A program made the translations under genes and the position numbers. From Cyanophora paradoxa CCMP329 (Eukaryota; Plantae; Glaucophyta), in the NCBI GenBank assembly GCA_004431415.1, contig QPMI01000112.1:1-59637 (forward strand): a stretch of 59,637 nucleotides of DNA. Reading direction: 5' to 3'. Below are positions 32,545 through 42,875 of the stretch, piece after piece (the first letter of the stretch is position 1; every line of letters starts with the position of its first letter). The notes beneath the pieces are model-generated. The model saw nothing but the letters and a program-made list of their open reading frames with translations. It was not told the origin of the DNA and searched no databases.

Positions 32545-34447
32545 GCGAAAGGGCAGAGCTACGGCACGAGGTCGAGGAGGACACAGGAGGCGGAGCAGGC
32601 GGATCAAGAGCAGGCAAAAGGACAGTCAAAGGAATCACTAAAGCCGGCCAGGGTCGAGGCGGGCAATCGAACTGCAAACGACGGCGAACAACAGGTCGAG
32701 CACGAGGACTATAGCTAGTATTGAAACTAACTCTAGCATCAACACTACGATCAGAATCCGAACCAGACCGAACTAAACTAGAAGACGAAGAAGTACGCCG
32801 GCGCCGGCGGGATACGATCGCGACCAGCGAAGCAGAAGACGAAGGCAAAGGCGGCAGTCCGGTATCAAGAACAAAGGCCGGAGGGTCCGGCCCGGCAAAC
32901 CGCCGGGGGAAGTAGAAGGAGCCGCAGGCTCGGCAAGCCGGCGACGGGTACGACCACGAGTCCGGGAGGAGATCGGGGAAGCCGGTCCCGGAGCTGAGGG
33001 CCCAGGAGCAGAGCCAGGAGAAGGTAAGCCCGGCGAGAAATCTGACCCGGAGCCGGAACCCAGCGAACGACGACGACGAAGAGGCCCCGAGGAGCCACGA
33101 CGGGGGAGCTACCGAGCAAAGTACTGACAGCCGGCGCCGAACACGGCGGCGGAGGTACCCCGCAGACAGTGGCAGGCGGAGAGTCCAGGGTCGATCGAGA
33201 GATCCGCCGACGGGAATGCGGCGGGGGCCGACGAGACGGAAGAGGCCTAGGCGAGGAGGGGGCCGAGGAAGGGTCGGAGGCAGGGGAAGGGCCGCGAGCA
33301 GGTGACGGGGATCGCTGCCGGCGCCGAAGAGAGGGCAGCGAAGCTGGAGAAAGGTCGGGTGGCGCCGGATCAGATGACACGGAGGTCATGGCCATGGGCG
33401 GCGCAGAGAGAGACGAGCTCGAGGGCGCAAGGGCCCGACGAGGGCGCCGGCGGCGAATCTCACGAGCGCCAGGAAGCGGGATAGGACCCGCATATGGGAC
33501 CCGAGGCGCCGAAGGGGGAGCAGGGAGCCGGAATGACGGGGAGACCGAAAAGAGGACAGTCTCGCCAACACTCGGAAGCGGGGCAGAGGCCGAGGACCCG
33601 GAGCTCGAGGGGGGAGGGAGGGCGGAGGAGGAGAGAGAAGGCGGCTATTCGAAGGGTATGGAGAATCGAGAGCGGAGGCGAGGGAGGCCGAAGTGATGGC
33701 GAGCTCTGGAGGCGAGGGGGCCTGCAAGCGGATCCGGGAAAGTGGATGCAGATGCAAAGAGACCGGGGACGTAGAGGCGGTAGGGGCATGCAAAAAGATA
33801 GTGCCGCCCAGCGTCACAGTTGCAGAAGCGGGGGCAAGAAGGATGGGCTGAAGAGGGGGCTGAACCAGGAGGACGTCTTAAAGATAAGATGCTCGATGAG
33901 AGTTTCAAGAAGGCACGAATTCATGTAGCGCATATCTAGAGTCTCCATCGATATCGATGAATTCGGAGGGGCCGATCAGGGCACGAACTTGTCATGTGCA
34001 CGCGAATATACGTATACGTATACGTACGTACGTGTGCCCGAAACTTGCAATTGCAATTGTTGGATGAGCTCGAGGCCGGAGCCTAGGAGAATTAATATTT
34101 GGGGGAAGGGGAAAGCTTATAAGATATTCAAAGCTAGCGCATATATCGGCCTTGGCCATGGCTTGGCCCAGTGGGGAATATAGCTCACCAATGCAATGCG
34201 AAAGGGCAGAGCTACGTATACGGCACGAGGAGGACACGAGAGGCGGATCAGGCGGATCAAGAGCAGGCAAAAGGACAGTCAAAGGAATCACTAAATTTAA
34301 AGCCGGCAGGGGTCGATTCAATGATTCGGGCAGTCGAACTGCAAACGACGGCGAACGATAGTCGAGCACGAGGACTAGCACTGAAACTAATTCTAGCATC
34401 AACACTAATTATAAGAGCAGAATCCGAACCAGGCCGAACTAAACTAA
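32545..34447 (+). mobile_element. Degenerate element with ~240-bp imperfect direct repeats (32545..32780, 34198..34447) and a possible tyrosine-recombinase remnant (DIRS/Ngaro-like)
   Basis: Repeat gcgaaagggcagagctacg...caggcggatcaagagcaggcaaaaggacagtcaaaggaatcactaaa...ccgaactaaacta occurs twice. ORF 33494..33928 ends RHSCRSGG...GLNQEDV, resembling the HxxRxGG box of tyrosine recombinases. Confidence 0.4.
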
Positions 34448-34957
34448 GAGCTCGAGCAGAATCCGGCCTTCCAAGGATTGGGACCGGAAATTAAAGGAGC
34501 CTCGGAGAGGCTCTTGAGCTTATATAATTAGCTATCGATATATCATAGTATTAGGTCCGACGGTCCGCCGGCCGGCGCCGCGCCGCGGGGCCGTGCACGT
34601 GCACCGTGTGACGGTGCACGTGTCCGACGGTCCGGCCTCTCCGGGACTCCGGGATCCGTACGCGTCTTGCAAGCTTAAGTTGCGGTACATTGTAAACTTC
34701 GCTCGCGCTCATGATCACGTGCACGCGCAAGGCTAGGGCGGGCCATGGCCATGGGTGATCTAGAATCCGATGATCTAGACTCAGACTCTGAGATCCAGGG
34801 CACCGGGAGCAACCGTCGGATGCAATGAAAAACATGATCGATATCGACTCGGCGATCGCGATATATATCATAGAATCGCCGAGTCGGTAGAAGACGGCGC
34901 CGGCGGCCGGGCGGTGGAGCTCCGAGGTCACTAGTAAAAGAGGGGCCGCCGGAGCTC

Positions 34958-35222
34958 GAGCCTGTTTCGGCCTGATTTAAATCAGGATTTAATTAAATCA
35001 GGCGGAGACTCTGAGACAGGCTTGGCGAAACAGGCTCAGCCTTACTAAGTTATTTCGGAGGACTGAGCCTGATTTGAAACAACTGCAGGCTGAAAAAGGC
35101 TTGATGAATCAGGCTGAGTGAGGCTTAAATCAGGCTCGCGATCGAGTCAGGCTTCGATCAGGCTTGAACATCAGGCTTGCAATTGAATCAGGCTTATATC
35201 AGGCTGAACCATGGCCAGGCTT
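34958..35222. repeat. Array of (T)CAGGC(T)/GCCTG motifs in both orientations
   Basis: More than 15 copies of caggc/gcctg, e.g. aatcaggct, gatcaggct, catcaggct, tatcaggct. Confidence 0.7.
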
Positions 35223-38200
35223 AAGCTTGCTACCCCCGCCCCGCCCCCAGCGCCGCGCCAGCACACATATATATAAGCATCGGAACTTGCATTGCACACA
35301 CGAGAAGCAATGTTCTAGATCTATAGTTACATCTATAAGCGCACCACGCTAAATCTAGAAAGAAGATTACGCGGGGACGTCGACGGGGGGCGGGTACGAG
35401 GCGATCGCGAGGGAAGTGGGGATGGAGCGGGGGGCGCGGGCGATCCGGAGGGAGCTAGCCGGGCAATGTAATTAATTATACTCGATGATACCGAGCTCCC
35501 ATATATGCAGCTTTATATATATGATTTAGCTTTATATATAGCTGCATGCGTTTCTCCCCTTAGCTAGGCTTCGACCCCCGCCGCCGATTCTCTAGATCTC
35601 CCCTCCATGCATGGCCAGCATTAATATTTTTACCAGCGGGGATGCGAATTAAGAAGCGCGGCTTCATCGGGCCGATCGCCCTCCTGTCGACATCGGCGGT
35701 CCTGCTCGCGATCATGAACAGCTTCGAATTCATCTAGATCTAGATCTAGCGATCCGCGGCGCGAATTTCGCGAATTTTCTCGCGGACGGCGCGTGGCGCG
35801 AAAATCGCGGAGAATCGGCAGGTCCGCGTGTATGGCGTGCGCATGCAGGGGAACGGAAAAGCAGGCTTAAGTGCGAGCCGCTTACGACATGTCAGATGGA
35901 ACGACGAATCAGCCAGACTGAGCCGCCGGCGACGCCGACGGCATCAAGCTCCCAATTGCAACCAGGTGCCGCAGCTCCCAGCGGCAAATTCGAAACAGGG
36001 GAAACGCCGACATCGTCAAACTCGACACCAGTTGCAGGTCTCAAATTCGCTGGGCGAAGCCATCGCCAATTACAGTATAATGACCAGAGCTAGCGCAGTC
36101 GATGCCGATGTCGACCCCGGGGCGTATCCATCCACGTCTCCGCCGCGCGTCGAAAAACGGAACAAAAAGAAGCTCGCACAAGCAAAGGTACGCTCGAAAC
36201 CGACGGCGCGCATGCGCAGCGCCGGCTGCGTCTGGACTATGACCTCTCTTAAGTCGCGGGCGCTGGAACTGATGGCGCGGTCGGAGTGGGGTCCCGCGGA
36301 GCGGCAGCTTTTCCGTGCTCTGCGGGTGCGCCACATTATATCAATATTCCGCTTTAATTTCCGCCTTCAAGGCTTGTTTATAATTAACGGTCTTGAATCG
36401 ACGTTTCCTTCTTCATTATATCGCGCCACGTGCACATTATATCAACATTAATATTTCGCTCTCCGCCTTGTTCAACGGCCCTGGATATTTTAAGACGTTT
36501 CCGTTGACGTCGTGCAGCGAGACGACGCGGACGCGGAAGCTCGCATAGCCCTCGCGGAGTGTCACTTTCGGCTGTCGTACTTCGAAGGGGCCCTGTTCCG
36601 GAGCCCGGCCGTCCTCCGCCTCGGCCTGCTCCCTGCTGGCGACGAGCGTCTGGAACGGTTCGATTTCAGATCCCTTGCAATTGGCGTCTCGCGATCGCTC
36701 GGCCTGCATTGAGCGTTTTAATTCCCTGCAGCGTCCAGAGGCTGCTTTTTGAGTCAAGACGAGGCATGGAAGAGGAAGCCAATGCATCAAGCTTAATTAT
36801 CAATGATGAGATCCTTTCAGGCGAGTTGAATTTAGCTGAAACTCGAGGTTGCTACGCTTGACTTCCGCTGATCATCGGATTGCCAGACCACAGATCTAGA
36901 AATTCAAAAGAGGCATTTGCAGCTGGTCTCTGCGAAAGACCAGCTGCAGCTCCTGTCCGTTGTACGGGTGCTTTCGATTTGCAGCCACTATTTCTGGGAA
37001 CTGGTGCGGCAGGGGTGATTCCTAGCCAAATCCGGCGCCGAGCTAGTCTGAGACGTTCCGGCTACGTAGCCTATTGGATAGGATTCTCGCCTTTCGTGAC
37101 ATCGCCCTCTCTGCAGCTGGACGCCTTCTATATATACTATAATAAGTGGTTAGAATTCGAACCAACTCTAAATTCAATTTCGCAGCGCGACCCCGCCGAC
37201 GTGGAGGCCTTCGTGGCCCTCGCGGATCGCCTCTTTTGGCTCTCGAATCGAAGTTCGGCGCGGCTCGGGAGGCGTGCGCATGCGCGGCCGCCCTCCGTCT
37301 GCTCCCCGGAGCCCCCGCCGGGGATACCCTGCTGGAAATGTGCGCGCATATATATCTCAGATGATAGGACCAGCTAAAGGTGCTTCGAAATTCGGTCCCT
37401 GACTAAGCTTAGCTTAAGGCATTATACGCTTAAGCCTAACCCTAAGCTTAAGACCCTGCTGGAACTTGCGCACGCAGGACTAGGTTCCTATCTCAGAGGA
37501 TATCTCATATCGATATCTCAGTGGATAGGACTAGCTGTATCTCAGAGGATAGGACTAGCTGTAGGCGCCTCGGCCCGTGACTAAGCTAAAGGCATCTTCC
37601 ACAGAATCCGGGCGCTGCTCCGCAAAATCGACAAGGCCAGCATGCGCAAGAATTCGGAAGGCTCGTCCTCTTCCCTTGATCCCCTTCCCTTGATCGATAT
37701 CGCTCGCGATCGACATTCGAATTCCGGTCGTCGGTCGGTTTGCAGTGAACCTCGCAGTTAAAACCCCGCATCGCATTAATAGACCTCATCGATAATCAAA
37801 GCAATTTACGATCGATTCCTTACCAATGCCCGATAGGAATCGTAAATTGCTCACTTTTCATCAACCCTCGATCAAAAACCATGACCCCCTACCTATGCCT
37901 CTCATATATATCTATCGACTTTATTGATAAATCACATTTTCTCTCTTTACCCATGACCCCCTCCCTGTGGTTTTACTGTAAAAATAATGTAAAAAGGAGA
38001 GATTGTATTACGGTATCATCGAATCACATATGACTCGAATAAAAGAATACTCTGTTATATAATTACGCAACAGAAAGCGTATTTAGTATAGTAGGCGAAT
38101 AGCTATATGCAGTACAGTAGATCTAAGCGAAAACGATTAGCTAGCAACTAAGCGCCGGCTATGTAATGCAGGCTATATATATGTATATAAATGCGATATC

Positions 38201-39809
38201 TATATCTAAAGCATTCAGTTTCATCTAAACAACATTAAGAATCCTGTACGACGAGGTCGCAGCAGCCTTCTTAGAACGGACTGAGCGACGAGGAGCTGGC
38301 ATTTGTGGAGGGAGATCACCAGCTTCGCTTCCCACCGGAGTGACATCTACGTCAGTGAATGCGATTGGCTCCGAAGGCGAGCCGCTGATCCAGTACCACC
38401 ACTAATAATGGAGCGAGATCATGATGCAGTTGCATGAGAATTAATTATCAATCTGCGAACCTCGATATGTCCGTCGTTGCTGATCCACTTCACAAACTTG
38501 CGTAGAGCGAGGGGTAGGGGCTTTGGTTTTTCGCCGTGGTCGACGAGAGCCTTGTTCTTCTGCGCATGCAGTAGCAAGATTGAGAGAGCGAAGCAACATG
38601 TATATGTATATATATATACGAACAGACCCGATCATGCAGCAGAACCGCATTCTTGATGAATGGGATAAGTGAAGTCGATCGGCCACCCATATCAATGCTG
38701 CCAGCGAGTGCGCAGTTGGCATCATGACACTGCCGTTTGCAGCATTATTAATAAGCAATGCATAAACAGTGCAGGAGAAAAGCGTACGCGCCTGTTTTTC
38801 AATGATAGGTAGAAGCTCGGATGCCCTGAAAGTCTCTAGGTATGCAGCTGCATCCGCCTCGGCTTTCCGCTTGCCTTCATGCGCTCTTCGCGCTGCTGCC
38901 TCAGCCTGCATGACCCGTTGCTTGAGGACTCTGCGCATGCCGGTGCCATGGATCAGTGAGCATAAATATACAGCAATCGGAACCGAGAGGCTAGTATACG
39001 TACTCGACGTCGTTTGGCAAGTTAGCGGCATTCACAACCGCGGGCGCGGCATTGAAAGGTTCATCGTCGTCATCTTTATCGAGATCTTCTGGATCCCAGA
39101 AAGGCGCGGCGCCTCGTTGTACATGAACTGCGTATGCACATGCAAATTAGCACATGCATGCTGCACATGTACAATCACGCTCTCGCACCATTGCCCTGTT
39201 GCGATTGCGAGGAGCTTGAACCGCCTGCCTGCGAGCCACCAACGTTGACAACTGGCGCAGAACTGCTCCCAGCTGCATGCGCGCCGCGGCGGAGTCAGCA
39301 CTGCATTTGGCAAGCGTACCGTACTACGGTAGTAGTACGAGCCGCGTACGTACCGTCGCCAGCTGCAACTTGCTCAAGCTCCGGATCCGCTGCATCGTCG
39401 ATCGCTAGCTGACCAAGGTCAGCATTCAAGCCCCCATCGCCGTCGTGATGATCTAGCGGCAGGAGTCAGAACGGGAGCTGGCAAGCGAGCGCTCGCCTGC
39501 GCATGCGGACGAACCGAAGGCGAATACTGATAGCTCCGCCCCGTTCAGGATACCGTTCCCGCGCCTTGCAGCCTTCTGCATTCTCTTCGCTTGCAGCCTC
39601 TCGTCTTCCGAAGCGTACTTGCGCGGGCGTCCCGGTTTGCGGCTGGTAGCAGATGCACTAGTACTTGCCTCTGAAAGCATGACCGTCGGACCTCAGGAGT
39701 CAGGACTCAGGACTCAGAGTGACTGATGTCGACACTGTAGTAGTGACCGACTGTACGTACTGCGCTGCCTGCGCATGCTAGCCTAGTAGGGGTTGCTTTT
39801 CGCCAACCT

Positions 39810-40560
39810 TGCCAGTTGGTTTTTTTGAAGTTCCAGAATTTTGCTGGGCTTCTAAGAAGCTTCGAATGTCTGAAAACTATATTTTATTAAAAGAAGTTGA
39901 TATCTTGCGGCCGATGTAGGGCAAAATTGCATTAACGTACCCCATCTTTACATAAAAAGGCAACGTGATCGACATAATAATAGAAAGTTTGTATAATTAT
40001 ACTTTATATCCTCTCACTTCATCAGTCGTGGTAATTATAATTAAGATCGAATTCCGAAGTTCGAAAGCCACTGGCCGGCCTGAGCTGGCAGTTGAAGTCC
40101 ACCCCCCCAGTTCATAGGAAGCGCAGCCGGTTTTATAATTCTAATAATTCTGTTGGGCTTCTGAGAAGCTTCCAAAGCTTTTAAATTTATTTGTAATTCT
40201 AAAAAAACCAGTGTTGCAGCCAAAAGCACATTTATGTACCCCATGTTTGCATAAATTAGGGACATAATAATATTAAGTTTGGATAATTATACCTAATATC
40301 CTATCAGTTTATCAGTCGTGTTAATTATAATTAAGATCGAATTCGAAAGCCACTTGGCGGCCTGAGCTGACAGATGACGTCGACCCACCAGTTCACAGGA
40401 AGCGCAGCCGGTTTTTGAAGGTTTTCGTAATTTTGTCGGGCTTCTGAGAAGCTTCCAAAGTTTTTAAATTCAAATGTTATTTAAATTAAGCCATTTTGTA
40501 GGCGAAAATTCATTTATGAACCCCATTATAATCACCTATTTCATAAAAAAGACAAATAAT
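39810..40560. repeat. About 2.5 imperfect tandem copies of a ~290-bp AT-rich unit at the element-2 end
   Basis: gggcttct(a/g)agaagcttc at ~39846, 40155 and 40438; atcagtcgtg.taattataattaagatcgaattc at ~40021 and 40311; ggaagcgcagccggtttt at ~40117 and 40398. Confidence 0.8.
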
Positions 40561-41095
40561 AAGAAATTCTGCCTGCATTCTGAGATCAAAACTCAGTTTT
40601 AAGAATTCTAGCCAACTCACATTTTTAATATCAACGTTGACGGGGGTGTCCACCGGTAACTATGCCGGGTACCAAGTTTTAAAGACGGCGCTTCAGAGCC
40701 GCTTCACGTCCGGCTTGACGATAGTTTTTGGGACAGCAAGTCGAGGCTGAGTTTTTTGGACTGGACCTCCTGACCAAAAAAATGATTTGATTGTCCCCGA
40801 AATTACAATCGGCGCCTCAAGTTGAGCGAGGTATACATTCGTGTTCTGCAAGATGCGCCGATCACATTGATATATTACATGTCGACCTGATTCGAAAGCG
40901 CTAGCGCTGGGCGCTTGCGCTAGCTCACTAGCTAGCCTTGTCACAAGTCCGAAGCACCCCCTCCCTAATCGGGGCGATATCTAATGATAGACAAACGAAC
41001 TAAAGAAGCTGTAAACTGCTCCGTACTCCGCATTGCATCAGGATTACAGCGGTATACTGCACGTAGTTCGATTCGCAGTCTTTGCGTTTTGGCAG

Positions 41096-41464
41096 CTAGT
41101 AACGTGAGCTACTACTAAATTGCGACTTGCTTCGTTCCGACTTGACGAGCCACGCCCCCACTTGTACTTTATCGTAGGTCAGTGTTAATGGGTTATCAAT
41201 ACCCGATACGAACCATAGCTTATGATCAGGATCCCACTTGGCTCCACCCTTCTTAGCCTCCTCGCGATCCTCGAACGGGATTTTCAAATAAATTTTTTTA
41301 TTTTTGCGCATTAATTCCGAAACGGCCACGGTACTATAGGTAGATAGAAGCTTATGTTCCGGCTCAGTTACATACCAGCATTTATGCTTCATATCCCATT
41401 TAGCCCCAAGGGCTTTAGCTTCATCTTTTTGTTCAAAAGGGACCTCAATATAGATTTTCTCCAT
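41096..41464 (-). CDS. Tandem DUF5710-like domain protein
   Basis: IYIEVPFEQKDEAKALGAKWD...WYV and IYLKIPFEDREEAKKGGAKWD...WFV. Confidence 0.75.
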   Translation of the reverse strand: MEKIYIEVPFEQKDEAKALGAKWDMKHKCWYVTEPEHKLLSTYSTVAVSELMRKNKKIYLKIPFEDREEAKKGGAKWDPDHKLWFVSGIDNPLTLTYDKVQVGAWLVKSERSKSQFSSSSRY

Positions 41465-41490
41465 TTCCTACTATACGAATATATAAAATT

Positions 41491-42708
41491 TTACCTGGTT
41501 CGGATCCTAGTACTAGCCCTTATAGCTGGAGCCTTATCATAGGATGCTACAGCCTCTGCCCCACCGGCTAATTTCTCGGTTCCGGCTACTCTTAGATTCG
41601 CTAGCTCCCTTGAAACCCTCTTCGTTCTCTGGACCCTATCCTCGATCAAGCTGCCTTTTGGCACTGATTCCGCCGGATCTATGCCCTCTCTGTGGATCTG
41701 TCTAATTGCTGCGGCCTCCTGCCTCACTGTATCCACTGTACTTGCGGAAGGCTCAACGATTGCTTCAACTTCCGATATGATCTGCAGCTCATGAGGCTTG
41801 AAGATTCGATTCAAAGGAACACCCTGGGCATCTACGACCTGGATTCCATTCCCGGCCCTTCCTGCGATCTTGTAGACCTCTCGACTGTATCTCTGAGTGG
41901 CCCCCTTGTCAAACTTAGATCTAGGCAGCAAGACTCGAACGAACAGGCCGGGCTTGAATTTCTCGAATATATCATCAACAATTGCTTTCTTTTTCGATAA
42001 AATGAAACTGCGAATGCGAGCCATATCCTCTAACCTAACATCTATTGGTCGCATACCTATAGTCCTATTAACACTGGAATTATAATTCAGAACAAAGTCC
42101 TCTAGCTTATCCATAAACTTGACTGTGTTGAAAGCGATGCAGTAGTTATTGATCATCGTTTTGAGGGTCAAATGGAATCGATTCATGATGCCTAAACTCG
42201 TGTGATCCCCAGCCTGTTTAAACCTATGCTCGATTCCAAACTCCTGGATCACTGCCTGGAACTCTTTCGCTTTAAACTCGGAACCCAAATCAGTCTCTAA
42301 CACCCTCATTGGAGCGGGAAGCTCACCCAATACCTCTCTAAATGCAGTCGCAACACTGACTCCCTCTTTATTCTTTAATTTCTTAGCGTAAGCCCTCCTG
42401 CTCGTGATCTCAATAAGAGTGAGTACCGCAATGTACCCCGCATTGTACTTTCCGTAAGATAAATAGAATATCAGATCGGCCTGGTAGGTCCAGGGTGGAG
42501 CTGTGATTGGAATGAATGTGGACTGCGATGCTGGGGGTGGCTTCTTGTTAATCTGCATAAACTCTTGCTTTTCTGCAACCTCTTTGACCTCGTTATAAGT
42601 AACACTCGGATCCTCTTTCTTCAGCTCCTGATAGATCGTATGGGGATGCTTGTAACCTGTTTTAGGATCGTACATTCGCCTAACTATTTTATTCGAAGCC
42701 GGACTCAC
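41491..42708 (-). CDS. rve/DDE-family integrase (third catalytic position appears to be Asn)
   Basis: MYDPKTG, YQADLI, LETDLGSEF, LGIMNRFHLTLK, YNSSVNRTIGMRP, FKPGLFVRV. Confidence 0.88.
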   Translation of the reverse strand: MSPASNKIVRRMYDPKTGYKHPHTIYQELKKEDPSVTYNEVKEVAEKQEFMQINKKPPPASQSTFIPITAPPWTYQADLIFYLSYGKYNAGYIAVLTLIEITSRRAYAKKLKNKEGVSVATAFREVLGELPAPMRVLETDLGSEFKAKEFQAVIQEFGIEHRFKQAGDHTSLGIMNRFHLTLKTMINNYCIAFNTVKFMDKLEDFVLNYNSSVNRTIGMRPIDVRLEDMARIRSFILSKKKAIVDDIFEKFKPGLFVRVLLPRSKFDKGATQRYSREVYKIAGRAGNGIQVVDAQGVPLNRIFKPHELQIISEVEAIVEPSASTVDTVRQEAAAIRQIHREGIDPAESVPKGSLIEDRVQRTKRVSRELANLRVAGTEKLAGGAEAVASYDKAPAIRASTRIRTR

Positions 42709-42875
42709 GGTTTTAAAAGGGACATCCCTACTACATTTACCTTTGCTTCTCTTTTACTAATTCTGCCTTCTACTCTCTCTGTATCTGGGATCGGAATGGG
42801 GAGCAGGGTCGTTTCGGTCTCATCCCCAGCCCCTCGCCTCACTATTTTCGATGCCATCCTATAACTATACAAATT

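Noticed and set aside
21456-37800. Numerous Arg/Ala/Pro/Gly-rich ORFs in the ORF track
   Set aside because: Expected by chance in very GC-rich DNA; they overlap in several frames and only fragments match real exons.
38441-39680. AT-hook (RKPGRPRKY) ORF region as part of element 2 or a transposase
   Set aside because: Looks fragmented or intron-containing, with no catalytic motifs; left unassigned.
39739-39744. AGTAGT as the Polinton-type terminus of element 2
   Set aside because: Only 6 bp in an AGT-rich tract; the opposite end and TSD are outside the window, and no matching ACTACT end was found for element 1.
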